Shown here piece after piece: positions 12,265 through 24,232 of a stretch of 64,000 nt of DNA. Within the stretch, counting starts at the first letter, position 1; each line of letters starts with the position of its first letter. Made by a program: the position numbers and the translations under genes. The DNA is taken from assembly GCF_054482595.1 (NCBI RefSeq), contig NZ_CM137008.1. One strand, 5' to 3'. A model generated the notes under the pieces. The model was given only the letters and a program-made list of their open reading frames with translations. It did not search any database and was not told the DNA's origin.

Positions 12265-12390
12265 AAGCGTCTCCTTTACCATAGTTAATGTCACCGCTTG
12301 ATATGAGCGTGAAAATCACTCAATGCGATATTTTTAGTGTGGTGCACATCGCGCCTCCCGACAAAGTTCGGGAGGACGAATTACGACGAA

Positions 12391-12996
12391 TTACTTAGTT
12401 TTCAGATCATTTTTAACGCTTTTCACACCATCTACCGCTTTGGCGATACTTTCAGCACGGTCACTTTGTGCCTGAGAATCTACGGTACCGGAGAGCTGAA
12501 CCACGCCATCGGTGGTTTCAACTTTCACATGACGGGAAGGGACGATATCGTCCGCCAGCAGTTTGGCTTTGATTTCACTGGTGGTGGCAGTGTCACCTGC
12601 GTAGCCCTTCACAGAGCCTTCTTTAGCGTCGCGAACGTGCAGTTTGTCACTGACAGAGGTCACGCCTTCAACGCCTTTCGCCACTTTCACTGCCTCTTCG
12701 GCCTGGGCCTGACTTTCAACGAAACCGCTCAGGGTCACGACTTTTTGATCGGTTTTGACAGAGATATCGGTGCTCTTGATGTTGTCATGATCCACCAGCG
12801 CCGCCTTCACTTTCGCGGTGATGGCGCTGTCATCCATGAAATTACCGACTTTATTCATAGAGCTATCGACTTTTTGCCCTGCGCTTTCATTGGTAGTTTG
12901 TGCGTTGTTTTCCGCGTAGGCAGAGCCGGTCGCGACGGCAGAGGTCAACATTACAGCCAGCAGAGTTTTCGAAATCTTCAGTCTTGTCATAGTCAT
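12391..12996 (-). CDS. osmY: osmotically inducible periplasmic protein OsmY (two BON domains)
   Basis: [28 protein letters not shown] signal peptide then BON repeats; start at internal Met. Confidence 0.9.
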
Positions 12997-13388
12997 CGAT
13001 TTATTCCTGTATGTTTGCTCGTAATTTGAGCCTGGCAACACGAGGTTGCATTGCTGAATAGGGAGAGACTTCACCCTCTACAGAAGTCAATGGTCGCCAT
13101 CACAAAAGCGATGAGTGATGAATAACGACCATTACAGCCTCTGAGTCAGTTATTAATATCGGTAGAATGACAATCGACGGCTTTAGATACTGATATCTAC
13201 GCATTGAACGGTATTTAACGCCGTCAGAAATGTCATCACTTTGTTAAATATAGATCACAATTTTGAAACCGCTCGGGATATCAGCGAAAACATAAGCAAA
13301 AGTGAATGTTTTAAGAACATTCCGTAAGCGGCTAATAAGGAAGGGAAATTGACAGGGCGCAGCGGCTACCGCGCCCTGGAGGCAAGAA

Positions 13389-14978
13389 TTAATGCTCGCG
13401 GGTCTGGTGGAACTGAACGTCCGGATAACGTTCCTGTGCCAGGCGCAGGTTGACCATGCTGGTAGCGATGTAAGCGAGGTTATCGCCGCCATCAAGCGCC
13501 AGTTGGCTTTCGTTCTTACGCTTGAACTCTTCGAATTTCTTCGCGTCTGCACATTCTACCCAGCGGGCAGTGGCAACGTTGACTGACTCATACACTGCTT
13601 CAACGTTGTATTCGCTCTTCAGGCGCGCTACCACCACATCAAACTGCAGCACACCAACTGCACCAACGATCAGATCGTTGTTGGAGATTGGACGGAACAC
13701 CTGCACCGCGCCCTCTTCGGAAAGCTGTACCAGCCCTTTGAGCAGCTGTTTTTGCTTCAGCGGATCTTTCAGGCGGATACGACGGAACAGTTCTGGTGCG
13801 AAGTTCGGAATACCGGTGAACTTCATCATCTCACCCTGGGTAAAGGTGTCGCCGATCTGAATGGTGCCGTGGTTGTGCAGGCCGAGGATATCGCCCGGAT
13901 ACGCTTCTTCAACGTGCGAACGGTCACCCGCCATAAAGGTCAGCGCGTCGGAGATCACCACATCTTTCGCAGTGCGCACCTGGCGCAGTTTCATGCCTTT
14001 TTCATATTTACCGGACACCACACGCATAAACGCCACGCGGTCGCGGTGTTTCGGGTCCATGTTGGCCTGAATTTTAAATACGAAGCCGGTAAATTTATCT
14101 TCGCTCGCTTCTACGGTACGGGTATCGGTCTGACGCGGCATCGGCGCAGGCGCCCACTCCACCAGGCCATCCAGCATATGATCAACGCCGAAGTTACCCA
14201 GCGCAGTACCGAAGAATACCGGAGTGATTTCGCCCGCAAGGAACAGCTCTTTGTCGAACTCGTTAGACGCGCCTTTAACCAGTTCCAGTTCGTCACGCAG
14301 CTGCTGTGCCAGATCTTCACCAACCGCAGCATCGAGATCCGGGTTATTCAGCCCTTTAACAATGCGGACTTCCTGAATGGTGTGCCCTTTACCGCTCTGA
14401 TAGAGATAGGTTTCATCTTTATAAAGATGGTAAACGCCTTTAAACAGCTTGCCGCAGCCAATCGGCCAGGTGATCGGCGCACAGCCGATTTTCAGCTCGT
14501 TCTCAACTTCATCGAGCAGCTCCATCGGGTCGCGGATATCACGGTCAAGTTTGTTCATAAAGGTGAGGATCGGCGTGTCGCGCAGACGGGTAACTTCCAT
14601 CAGCTTGCGGGTACGATCTTCAACACCTTTTGCGGCGTCGATAACCATCAGGCAGCAGTCCACCGCCGTCAGGGTACGATAGGTATCTTCCGAGAAGTCT
14701 TCGTGCCCCGGGGTGTCGAGCAGGTTAACCAGGCAATCGTGATACGGAAACTGCATCACAGACGTAGTAATGGAGATCCCACGCTGCTTTTCCATCTCCA
14801 TCCAGTCCGACTTAGCGTGCTGGTTGGAACCACGGCCTTTTACTGTACCGGCGGTCTGAATGGCCTGTCCGAACAGCAGCACCTTCTCGGTGATGGTAGT
14901 CTTACCGGCGTCCGGGTGAGAAATAATGGCAAAAGTGCGGCGCTTCGCCACCTCTTGCAAATAAGGAGACAACGTCAT
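13389..14978 (-). CDS. prfC: peptide chain release factor 3 (GTPase)
   Basis: [28 protein letters not shown]... P-loop; 529 aa from the internal Met. Confidence 0.95.
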
Positions 14979-15068
14979 AATTCTTTCTTCTTGAGTAAGC
15001 GGCATCGCGCCGCGCTTGTTGAAAACGAAAAATTGCGGCTATTTTACCCATCAACGGGGGGGAGGCAA

Positions 15069-15746
15069 TCAGTGTTTACACAGGAGCTGCTCCAGTTCGT
15101 GCAACGAAGAAACGGTCCAGGTGGGCGCGATGCCTTCTGGTTGCTCGCGATGGTGTGCATTCAGCCAGCAGGTCGCAAGCCCGGCGTTGATGCCACCGAG
15201 AATATCGGACTCGGCAGTGTCGCCAACCATCAGCACGCGTGAACGGTCAGGATTGCCCGCCTGTTCCAGCGCATAATCGAAAATTTTCTTATTTGGTTTG
15301 GCAACGCCAACTTCTTCGGAAATCACCAGCAAATCGAAGTAATCACGCAGGCCCGTGCGTTCCAGACGCACCTGTTGCAAGGCACTAAAGCCGTTGGTGA
15401 TGATGCCGATTTTGGCGTTGCCACGAATGGCGTTAAGCAGAGAAACCGCGCCCGGCAGCGGCGTGCAGATTTCCGCCATCGCATTAATAAAGGCTTCGTT
15501 GAGTTTACCCGGCTCGACGTTCAGCCGTTCGGCCCAGCTCTCAAACCGCCCGTGCTGAAGCTGTAATGAAGTGATCGCGCCGTTTTGATAATCCACCCAC
15601 AGTGGCTTGTTAACGGCCTGATAGTCCTGAAAATCTTCAGCGGTAAAGGTGACGCTGTAATCAAGAAACATCCGCTGCAGGCCGGTGAATGAGTCAAAGG
15701 TAAACAGCGTTTCATCGGCATCAAAGAAAATCCAGTCCCACTTCAT
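15069..15746 (-). CDS. yjjG: HAD-family pyrimidine 5'-nucleotidase YjjG
   Basis: 225-aa [18 protein letters not shown]... (HAD motif I DxDxT). Confidence 0.9.
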
Positions 15747-15760
15747 TATTCCACCTTGTC

Positions 15761-16207
15761 TTACATACTGATTGGCAACGCCATGATGATGGCGTCTTCG
15801 CGACCGTCCGTGGTGGGGTAGTAATTGCGGCGAATCGTCGCCTCGTTAAAGCCTAAACTTTCGTACAGGGCAATGGCGGCAGCGTTTGAAGCACGGACTT
15901 CCAGCCATAGTGTCGCCACGCCGCGTTTTTCCAGTTCGTCGATCAGATGTTCCAGCAGCGCCCTTCCCAATCCCTGACGCTGATATTCAGGATCGACCGC
16001 AATATTGAACAATGTAGCTTCATCCAGCACCACTTGCGTAATCGCAAACGCCGCCATTTTGCCGTTTTGCGTTAACTGAAAGTTGAGATAACGCTCGCCC
16101 TGGTTGCTGGCAAAGGTTTTTTCACTCCACGGAAAGGCGTGGGCGCGTTGTTCAATGTGGTAAGCCGCTGGTAAATCAGTCGTTTCGAGGGAAGAAATCG
16201 TGTTCAT
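15761..16207 (-). CDS. rimI: ribosomal protein S18 alanine N-acetyltransferase
   Basis: 148-aa GNAT-fold ORF recognised as RimI. Confidence 0.9.
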
Positions 16208-16589
16208 ATGTGCAAATTTGTTGCCATAACGCGGCGCGTGCCGTTGGGTTTGCCCGTAATTCGGTGAGCGCCGGTGATGCCACCTGAGCGCCTTCCAGTG
16301 ATAGCGGTTCGTCAGTACCCAACCGCCAGCTGTTGCAGCGACTGCCTTGCGGCAGCATCGCGATTTTTTCTGGCGTCAGTTGCAGCACCTGGTCGGGGCT
16401 GACGGTTAATGCACGCAGAACATCGCTCACTAAAGGATCAGTCAGGGCGGGAAGATCGTTTGCCACCATCACCAGACGGACGTGTGCCGGGATCGCAATG
16501 GCAATCTCCCCCTGCAACGCGCCAGGGCGACGCAGCGACCACTGGGTAATGCCCAGTTGCTGTAACTGCCAGTCTCGTCGGGATGTCAT
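16176..16589 (-). CDS. holD: DNA polymerase III psi subunit
   Basis: 137-aa ORF MTSRRDWQLQQLGITQWSLRRP...; 3' end overlaps rimI start. Confidence 0.9.
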   Translation of the reverse strand: MTSRRDWQLQQLGITQWSLRRPGALQGEIAIAIPAHVRLVMVANDLPALTDPLVSDVLRALTVSPDQVLQLTPEKIAMLPQGSRCNSWRLGTDEPLSLEGAQVASPALTELRANPTARAALWQQICTYEHDFFPRND

Positions 16590-16691
16590 AGCGAATCGCT
16601 CCTGTTGTCAGGGGCGCAAATATAGCAAATTCGTCGATACCGCGCCAACATATGGCTATAATCGCCGCCAGTATCAATTGAGGAGCATTCC

Positions 16692-17723
16692 ATGTCTGCA
16701 TTTACCCCGGCAAGTGAAGTCTTGCTGCGTCACAGTGATGATTTCGAACAAAGCCGTATTCTGTTTGCCGGAGACTTACAGGATGACCTGCCCGCGCGTT
16801 TAGATACCGCGACCAGCCGTGCTCATACCCAGCAATTCCATCACTGGCAGGTGTTAAGCCGCCAGATGGGTGATAACGCCCGTTTTAGTCTGGTCGCCAC
16901 GGCGGATGACGTCGCAGATTGCGATACGCTGATTTACTACTGGCCGAAGAACAAACCGGAAGCCCAGTTCCAGTTGATGAATTTACTTTCTCTGCTGCCG
17001 GTGGGCACGGATATTTTTGTCGTTGGCGAGAACCGCAGCGGCGTGCGCAGCGCAGAGCAGATACTGGCAGATTATGCGCCGTTGAATAAAGTCGACAGCG
17101 CCCGTCGCTGTGGCCTCTATTTTGGTCGTCTGGAAAAACAGCCGGTATTTGATGCCGATAAATTCTGGGGCGAATACAGCGTCGATGGCCTGACGGTCAA
17201 AACGCTGCCTGGCGTGTTTAGCCGCGACGGTCTGGATGTCGGTAGCCAGTTGCTGCTCTCGACGTTAACCCCGCACACGAAAGGTAAAGTGCTGGATGTC
17301 GGCTGTGGCGCGGGCGTGCTTTCGGTTGCCTTTGCGCGCCATTCGCCGAAAATTCGTCTCACTCTGTGCGATGTCTCTGCCCCGGCGGTAGAAGCCAGCC
17401 GCGCAACACTTGCGGCCAACGGTGTTGAAGGTGAAGTCTTTGCCAGCAACGTCTTTTCCGAGGTGAAAGGTCGTTTTGATATGATCATCTCCAACCCGCC
17501 GTTCCACGATGGGATGCAAACCAGCCTGGATGCGGCGCAAACGCTGATTCGCGGCGCGGTGCGTCATCTTAATAGCGGCGGCGAGCTGCGAATTGTAGCG
17601 AACGCCTTCCTGCCTTACCCGGACGTGCTGGATGAGACATTTGGCTTCCATGAAGTTATCGCGCAAACCGGGCGCTTCAAGGTGTATCGCGCCATTATGA
17701 CCCGCCAGGCGAAGAAAGGTTAA
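16692..17723 (+). CDS. rsmC: 16S rRNA (guanine1207-N2)-methyltransferase
   Basis: 343-aa ORF with SAM-binding motif [11 protein letters not shown]. Confidence 0.9.
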   Translation: MSAFTPASEVLLRHSDDFEQSRILFAGDLQDDLPARLDTATSRAHTQQFHHWQVLSRQMGDNARFSLVATADDVADCDTLIYYWPKNKPEAQFQLMNLLSLLPVGTDIFVVGENRSGVRSAEQILADYAPLNKVDSARRCGLYFGRLEKQPVFDADKFWGEYSVDGLTVKTLPGVFSRDGLDVGSQLLLSTLTPHTKGKVLDVGCGAGVLSVAFARHSPKIRLTLCDVSAPAVEASRATLAANGVEGEVFASNVFSEVKGRFDMIISNPPFHDGMQTSLDAAQTLIRGAVRHLNSGGELRIVANAFLPYPDVLDETFGFHEVIAQTGRFKVYRAIMTRQAKKG

Positions 17724-17732
17724 TTATCTCGC

Positions 17733-17900
<168 letters not shown>

Positions 17901-17943
17901 TAGTCTCTGATGGACATTTTTCCAGCAATTACACATCAGGCGA

Positions 17944-17971
17944 TAATTAACTATTGACGAAAAGCTGAAAA
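17944..17971 (+). promoter_or_regulatory. sigma70 promoter of the tRNA-Leu operon (stringent-type)
   Basis: TTGACG -35, 16-bp spacer, TAGAAT -10, then GC-rich discriminator GCGCCTCC; AT-rich upstream. Confidence 0.6.
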
Positions 17972-18022
17972 CCACTAGAATGCGCCTCCGTGGTAGCAAT
18001 TCTTTTTAAGAATTGATGGTAT

Positions 18023-18109
18023 GCGAAGGTGGCGGAATTGGTAGACGCGCTAGCTTCAGGTGTTAGTGTCCTTACGGACGTGGGGGTTCAAGTCCCCCCC
18101 CTCGCACCA
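18023..18109 (+). tRNA. leuQ: tRNA-Leu (CAG), copy 1
   Basis: 87-nt GCGAAGGTGGCGGAATTGGTAGACGCG...CTTCAGG...GGTTCAAGTCCCCCCCCTCGCACCA with encoded CCA and long variable arm. Confidence 0.95.
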
Positions 18110-18137
18110 AAAACCACGTTGATATTGCTCGCACTGG

Positions 18138-18224
18138 GCGAAGGTGGCGGAATTGGTAGACGCGCTAGCTTCAGGTGTTAGTGTTCTTACGGACGTGGGG
18201 GTTCAAGTCCCCCCCCTCGCACCA
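18138..18224 (+). tRNA. leuP: tRNA-Leu (CAG), copy 2 (one substitution in variable arm)
   Basis: Identical to copy 1 except GTGTTCTTAC for GTGTCCTTAC at 18185. Confidence 0.95.
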
Positions 18225-18258
18225 AACGAGGCGATATCAAAAAAAGTAAGATGACTGT

Positions 18259-18345
18259 GCGAAGGTGGCGGAATTGGTAGACGCGCTAGCTTCAGGTGTT
18301 AGTGTCCTTACGGACGTGGGGGTTCAAGTCCCCCCCCTCGCACCA
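18259..18345 (+). tRNA. leuV: tRNA-Leu (CAG), copy 3
   Basis: 87-nt copy identical to copy 1. Confidence 0.95.
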
Positions 18346-18383
18346 ATTATCTTTACTTCCTTTCTTGTTTCTTCCCTGTTATA

Positions 18384-18620
18384 TCATCCCTGATTCAAAT
18401 TCATTATCATCAGCATGATGCCAGCAATAAGCGCCAGGCACGATGGTAGCAAAATGTAATGCCGCAACTGTTTGTGATACAGCATCATCGGCGTCAATAC
18501 TAATCCCATCAGAATGACAATCCGCCACTGATCCGGCGATAAATCCGCATACATCAGCCCTGCAATCAGCAATCCCGGCAGCAACACTCCCCAGCCACTG
18601 CCCAGCGTACGTTGCAACAT
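18384..18620 (-). CDS. yjjZ: small inner-membrane protein YjjZ
   Basis: MLQRTLGSGWGVLLPGLLIAGLMYADLSPDQWRIVILMGLVL... (78 aa from internal Met). Confidence 0.75.
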   Translation of the reverse strand: MLQRTLGSGWGVLLPGLLIAGLMYADLSPDQWRIVILMGLVLTPMMLYHKQLRHYILLPSCLALIAGIMLMIMNLNQG

Positions 18621-18637
18621 GGTTTCATCTCTTTCAT

Positions 18638-18658
18638 TGATAATGATAACCAATATCA
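18638..18658. promoter_or_regulatory. Fur-box-like site upstream of yjjZ
   Basis: TGATAATGATAACCAATATCA resembles GATAATGATAATCATTATC. Confidence 0.55.
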
Positions 18659-18727
18659 TATGATAATTTTTATCATTTGCAAGCCAGAGAAATCCCTTGC
18701 TATCGGGTAAACCTATCGCTAGGATTA

Positions 18728-18746
18728 GCAATCATTATCATTTAGA
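18728..18746. promoter_or_regulatory. Fur box upstream of fhuF
   Basis: GCAATCATTATCATTTAGA, about 15 bp upstream of the fhuF start. Confidence 0.6.
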
Positions 18747-18760
18747 TTACTATCCCGATT

Positions 18761-19549
18761 ATGGCCTATCGTTCCGCACCGCTCTATGAAGATGTCATCT
18801 GGCGAACACATCTCCAGCCGCAGGATGCTGGGCTTGCACAAGCCGTGCGGGCGACGATCGCAAAACATCGTGAACATTTGCTGGAGTTTATCCGCCTGGA
18901 TGAACCTGCCCCACTTAACGCCATGACGCTGGCGCAATGGTCATCACCGAATGTGCTAAGTTCTCTGCTGGCGGTCTATTCCGATCATATCTATCGCAAC
19001 CAACCAACGATGATCCGCGAGAACAAACCGCTGATCTCACTATGGGCACAATGGTATATCGGCCTGATGGTGCCACCATTAATGCTGGCGCTACTGACGC
19101 AGGAAAAAGCATTAGATGTGTCGCCGGAACATTTCCATGCTGAGTTTCACGAAACCGGACGCGTCGCCTGTTTCTGGGTCGATGTGTGTGAAGATAAAAA
19201 CGCAACACCACATTCGCCGCAGCAGCGAATGGAAACGTTAATCAGCCAGGCGCTGGTTCCGGTTGTGCAAGCACTAGAAGCGACCGGAGAGATCAACGGC
19301 AAACTTATCTGGAGTAATACCGGTTATTTGATCAACTGGTATCTCACTGAGATGAAGCAACTGCTCGGCGAGGCTACTGTTGAATCGCTGCGCCATGCCC
19401 TCTTTTTTGAGAAAACGCTCACGAACGGTGAAGATAATCCACTCTGGCGTACCGTGGTACTGCGCGACGGCCTGCTGGTGCGCCGCACTTGCTGCCAGCG
19501 TTATCGCTTACCGGATGTGCAGCAATGTGGCGATTGTACGCTGAAATGA
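18761..19549 (+). CDS. fhuF: ferric-siderophore reductase FhuF (2Fe-2S)
   Basis: 262-aa ORF ending CCQRYRLPDVQQCGDCTLK (C-C-x10-C-x2-C). Confidence 0.9.
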   Translation: MAYRSAPLYEDVIWRTHLQPQDAGLAQAVRATIAKHREHLLEFIRLDEPAPLNAMTLAQWSSPNVLSSLLAVYSDHIYRNQPTMIRENKPLISLWAQWYIGLMVPPLMLALLTQEKALDVSPEHFHAEFHETGRVACFWVDVCEDKNATPHSPQQRMETLISQALVPVVQALEATGEINGKLIWSNTGYLINWYLTEMKQLLGEATVESLRHALFFEKTLTNGEDNPLWRTVVLRDGLLVRRTCCQRYRLPDVQQCGDCTLK

Positions 19550-19586
19550 AAGCACTGCCGGGGAAGTAAACCCGGCATCATGCGGA

Positions 19587-20264
19587 TTAATAGGGATGCA
19601 ACACATTACTTGTTTCGCAATGCCGCATACATAACAGAATATCTGCGGCCTCCAACAACCCTGCGTCAGAACTGACGCCCAGTTTCGACATCACATTAAA
19701 TTTATGTGCACGGATCGTTTTGATATTGCGTTTAAGCTGCTCGGCAATTTGTGTCATTGAGTAGCCACGCGACATAAAGCGCAATATTTCTCTCTCCGTC
19801 GGGCTTAACGTCCGGCTTTGGTTAATGTACCACTGATTGTTCAGTCGGTCGGTCGCCTGACGTACACCATTTAATGACAAAAAGAGTTCCTGATGAAAAA
19901 TCTCCAGCGTTGACGCTTTACTTAATACACCGTCCAGCGGTGATGGCGACAATGAACCAATCAGCCGAGCTTCAATATCATCATCCGCAATAACTAAACG
20001 CCGGGTACGCGGAAACTTAATCGCCAGTTCAGTCAGGCAAGATAATCCCTCTCTGCGCTCACTTCTCATGGCAGAAAAAGAAAAAATGACCGCCGCAAAC
20101 GAGATCCGCGACATGGCATCCTGAAATGACTCCTGACTGGTATAGGTATGGAGCTTATAAGGGTTGCCCGCAAACTTTCTGAATAAACTCTCAATACCGA
20201 TACTACTCATGACGCATTTTTCTATGAGTGCGACATTTCTCTTCTTAATTCGGCTGTGTTCCAT
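19587..20264 (-). CDS. bglJ: LuxR-family transcriptional activator BglJ
   Basis: 225-aa ORF with C-terminal LuxR HTH; overlaps yjjQ. Confidence 0.85.
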
Positions 20265-20947
20265 TCTGCGGCATCTCCATAAACAGAAGGCAAGTTAAGT
20301 TCTCTTGCACCCTGCGCGCTATTTATCCATGCATACATTTCAGCGTTGCTGTGAATTGCCAGTCGACGCATCGCACTGTTTTTTTGGGCGCTGATAGTTT
20401 TATTACTTTTCTTAAGCAATGAAGCTATCTGGTTGATGCCCCATCCTTTACCTAATAGCCGCAGTACCTTGCGCTCTGAAAGAGTGAGAATGACGGAGCG
20501 ATAGCTAAAATCATGAGTTTCAGTCATTGCCGGGGAGGTCAGCATGGCGCTGATACGCTCTGCGTGCGTATTGCCGGAACGTACGGTCTTGACCAGATTC
20601 TCAATGGGTTCAACATCAGACAATAACGTCGCCGTAGGGCACATGAGCAGTTCTACTGCCTGGGAATACCAGGAGCGTGACACCATGAAAACCCAGTGAA
20701 TTTCCCGATATTGTGAGATTAAAGAATAATAATGTTCACAAACAGAACGTGGATCTTCACTTTCACCGGCTAAATCAGCAATGACTAATCCGGAACGACG
20801 TAATTGTAATAAGGTAAGGTCCTCCGCAGAGGCGCTGGATATTATTTCATATTCAGGGAAGTGAGTCCTCATGACCTCTTTTAACCCTGCTTGCATAACA
20901 GGTATTTTACTGATAACAATTCCATTTTTGCAGCATCCTGGCAACAT
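20222..20947 (-). CDS. yjjQ: LuxR-family transcriptional regulator YjjQ
   Basis: 241-aa ORF with C-terminal LuxR HTH ([23 protein letters not shown]). Confidence 0.85.
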
Positions 20948-21565
20948 ATTTCCTCCACATCCACTGTCTAAAAATTATGATGGTTTATTCAGGACATTCA
21001 TTCCTTAAATGTTTCCAGCAAATTAATAGATTAAGCGAATAAATTATCCTTAGCATTCACTTTCATATCAGCATACTCCTGCTGCACAACAACTCCACTG
21101 CATGTGTCAGAAGGTTAGCATCAAATGATAACCTGGTGAAATAGCCTGGAGACATTTAAAATATCTACATTAAGTTGTTAGAAATACTTAATGAAAAACA
21201 GAAATTTTATTTATTTAATTTATAATTAAGTGATATCCCTTCCAGCAGATTGCGGAATCACACAATCAATATTTATTCAATAAAATCTGATAGTTTTAAC
21301 TTGTTAACATTAAAAAACGCGCCCAGTCACCTATTATCCTGATTCGTAAAGGCTAAATAATGAATTCATTATAGTGATAATATTCATGTGATAATTTGTT
21401 TGCGGCGAGAGATAATTCGCTTTTTATCACCGAGCTTCTCCCGATAACCAGGATTAATCAGCGCAATTTTGATCTTAACCTACCGCAAAACAACCGTGCT
21501 TCATGATACAAATGGATTCTCATTATCTGAACAATACGCAGCACGTCTATGACAAAGGGCGAGTT

Positions 21566-22336
21566 ATGCAAACTGAGCAACAGCGAGCCGTAACACGGCT
21601 TTGTATCCAGTGTGGATTATTTCTTTTGCAACATGGTGCGGAAAGCGCGTTGGTTGATGAGCTTTCCTCACGACTGGGTCGGGCGCTGGGAATGGACAGC
21701 GTAGAAAGTTCTATCTCTTCGAACGCCATAGTGCTGACAACTATTAAAGATGGGCAATGCCTGACATCGACACGTAAAAATCACGATCGCGGCATTAATA
21801 TGCATGTGGTGACTGAAGTCCAGCACATTGTGATTCTTGCGGAGCATCATCTGCTGGATTACAAAGGCGTAGAGAAACGATTTAGCCAAATTCAGCCATT
21901 ACGTTACCCAAGATGGCTGGTAGCCTTAATGGTTGGCCTTTCTTGCGCCTGTTTCTGTAAACTCAATAACGGTGGCTGGGATGGTGCCGTCATCACCTTC
22001 TTTGCCAGTACGGCCGCGATGTATATCCGCCAGCTGCTGGCACAACGTCATCTTCATCCACAAATCAACTTTTGCCTCACCGCTTTCGCCGCCACCACCA
22101 TTTCCGGATTGCTTTTGCAACTCCCCACTTTCAGCAATACCCCCACCATTGCGATGGCCGCCAGCGTTCTGCTGCTGGTTCCGGGCTTTCCGTTGATTAA
22201 TGCCGTCGCCGATATGTTTAAAGGCCACATCAATACCGGACTGGCACGCTGGGCGATCGCCAGTCTGCTGACACTGGCTACCTGCGTCGGCGTGGTGATG
22301 GCACTGACGATTTGGGGGCTACGCGGATGGGTGTGA
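21566..22336 (+). CDS. yjjP: inner-membrane protein YjjP (ThrE/DUF1212 family)
   Basis: [30 protein letters not shown]...; 256 aa from internal Met. Confidence 0.8.
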   Translation: MQTEQQRAVTRLCIQCGLFLLQHGAESALVDELSSRLGRALGMDSVESSISSNAIVLTTIKDGQCLTSTRKNHDRGINMHVVTEVQHIVILAEHHLLDYKGVEKRFSQIQPLRYPRWLVALMVGLSCACFCKLNNGGWDGAVITFFASTAAMYIRQLLAQRHLHPQINFCLTAFAATTISGLLLQLPTFSNTPTIAMAASVLLLVPGFPLINAVADMFKGHINTGLARWAIASLLTLATCVGVVMALTIWGLRGWV

Positions 22337-22800
22337 TCGAATTTCTGTTTGCATTGGCGCAGGATATGATCCTCGCCGCCATTCCAGCGGTCGGCTTTGC
22401 GATGGTGTTCAACGTTCCCGTGCGGGCGTTACGCTGGTGTGCGCTGCTTGGCTCGATAGGTCATGGTTCCCGAATGATCTTGATGACCAGCGGGTTGAAT
22501 ATTGAGTGGTCAACCTTTATGGCTTCTATGCTGGTCGGCACCATTGGTATTCAATGGTCGCGCTGGTATCTGGCGCATCCGAAAGTGTTTACCGTGGCGG
22601 CCGTTATCCCTATGTTCCCGGGCATATCGGCTTATACCGCAATGATTTCGGCGGTAAAAATCAGCCAGCTAGGTTACAGCGAACCGTTGATGATTACCCT
22701 GTTAACCAACTTTCTTACAGCTTCATCGATTGTTGGTGCGTTATCTATCGGTCTTTCCATTCCTGGATTATGGTTGTACCGCAAGCGCCCTCGCGTATAA
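22327..22800 (+). CDS. yjjB: inner-membrane protein YjjB (DUF3815)
   Basis: [31 protein letters not shown]... (157 aa); overlaps yjjP stop. Confidence 0.8.
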   Translation: MGVIEFLFALAQDMILAAIPAVGFAMVFNVPVRALRWCALLGSIGHGSRMILMTSGLNIEWSTFMASMLVGTIGIQWSRWYLAHPKVFTVAAVIPMFPGISAYTAMISAVKISQLGYSEPLMITLLTNFLTASSIVGALSIGLSIPGLWLYRKRPRV

Positions 22801-22907
22801 AATTGCCTCGCTTAAAGCACGCGGATGAGAGACAGCCTCCTCTCCTCCGTGTGTTACTATAAAAGTTATCTCCCTTCTCGTTCATCGTTCCATATTTGAG
22901 AAACAGT

Positions 22908-23447
22908 ATGTCTTCCAGAGTTTTGACCCCGGACGTCGTTGGTATTGACGCCCTGGTACACGATCACCAAACCGTTCTGGCAAAAGCTGAAGGCGGTGTG
23001 GTTGCCGTATTTGCTAACAATGCCCCGGCGTTTTATGCCGTCACGCCTGCACGCCTGGCTGAACTGCTGGCGCTGGAAGAAAAGCTGGCGCGTCCGGGAA
23101 GCGATGTCGCTCTGGACGATCAACTCTATCAGGAACCGCAAGCCGCTCCCGTTGCTGTACCCATGGGGAAATTCGCCATGTATCCGGACTGGCAACCCGA
23201 TGCCGACTTTATCCGCCTGGCGGCTCTATGGGGCGTGGCACTAAGAGAGCCGGTGACCACCGAAGAACTGGCCTCATTCATTGCCTACTGGCAGGCGGAA
23301 GGTAAAGTCTTTCACCATGTGCAGTGGCAACAAAAACTGGCGCGCAGCCTGCAAATCGGTCGTGCCAGCAACGGCGGACTGCCGAAACGAGATGTGAATA
23401 CGGTCAGTGAACCTGACAGCCAAATTCCACCAGGATTCAGAGGGTAA
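22908..23447 (+). CDS. dnaT: primosomal protein DnaT
   Basis: [30 protein letters not shown]... (179 aa). Confidence 0.9.
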
Positions 23448-23449
23448 CG

Positions 23450-24187
23450 ATGAAAAACGTTGGCGACCTGATGCAACGCCTGCAAAAAATGATGCCTGCC
23501 CATATCAAACCTGCATTCAAAACGGGTGAAGAGCTACTGGCCTGGCAGAAAGAACAAGGGGCGATCCGCTCCGCCGCTCTCGAACGTGAAAATCGGGCGA
23601 TGAAAATGCAGCGCACCTTTAACCGCTCCGGTATTCGTCCACTGCATCAGAACTGTTCCTTTGAGAACTATCGCGTTGAGTGTGAAGGGCAGATGAATGC
23701 GTTAAGCAAAGCGCGCCAGTATGTCGAAGAGTTTGACGGCAACATCGCCAGCTTCATCTTTTCTGGTAAGCCAGGAACCGGCAAAAACCATCTGGCGGCG
23801 GCAATCTGCAACGAGCTGCTGCTACGCGGTAAATCCGTATTGATCATCACCGTGGCCGATATTATGTCGGCGATGAAAGATACCTTCAGGAATAGCGGTA
23901 CCAGCGAAGAACAACTGCTTAACGATCTGAGCAACGTTGATCTGCTGGTGATCGATGAGATCGGCGTGCAGACCGAATCGAAATACGAAAAAGTGATCAT
24001 CAACCAGATCGTCGATCGCCGCTCTTCTTCCAAACGCCCAACCGGGATGCTGACCAACAGTAATATGGAAGAGATGACCAAGTTGCTGGGCGAACGCGTG
24101 ATGGACCGTATGCGCCTGGGTAACAGTTTGTGGGTGATCTTCAACTGGGATAGCTACCGTAGCCGTGTAACAGGTAAAGAGTATTAA
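23450..24187 (+). CDS. dnaC: helicase loader DnaC (AAA+)
   Basis: 245-aa ORF with Walker A GKPGTGKNHLAAAI, immediately after dnaT. Confidence 0.95.
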   Translation: MKNVGDLMQRLQKMMPAHIKPAFKTGEELLAWQKEQGAIRSAALERENRAMKMQRTFNRSGIRPLHQNCSFENYRVECEGQMNALSKARQYVEEFDGNIASFIFSGKPGTGKNHLAAAICNELLLRGKSVLIITVADIMSAMKDTFRNSGTSEEQLLNDLSNVDLLVIDEIGVQTESKYEKVIINQIVDRRSSSKRPTGMLTNSNMEEMTKLLGERVMDRMRLGNSLWVIFNWDSYRSRVTGKEY

Positions 24188-24232
24188 TCCCCGTTTCTGG
24201 CGGTATACTGCGACACAATTCCACCTTGAGTA

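Noticed and set aside
13752-15242. 496-aa plus-strand ORF
   Set aside because: Antisense to prfC and yjjG; low-complexity translation; shadow ORF.
18023-18345. Three near-identical 87-bp direct repeats with short spacers, superficially CRISPR-like
   Set aside because: Each repeat is a complete tRNA-Leu gene with encoded CCA; spacers are 28-34 bp of ordinary intergenic sequence; no cas genes.
20948-21565. Long AT-rich non-coding stretch upstream of yjjQ, considered as possible mobile-element remnant
   Set aside because: No inverted terminal repeats or transposase fragments; it matches the expected AT-rich, H-NS-silenced promoter region of the yjjQ-bglJ operon.
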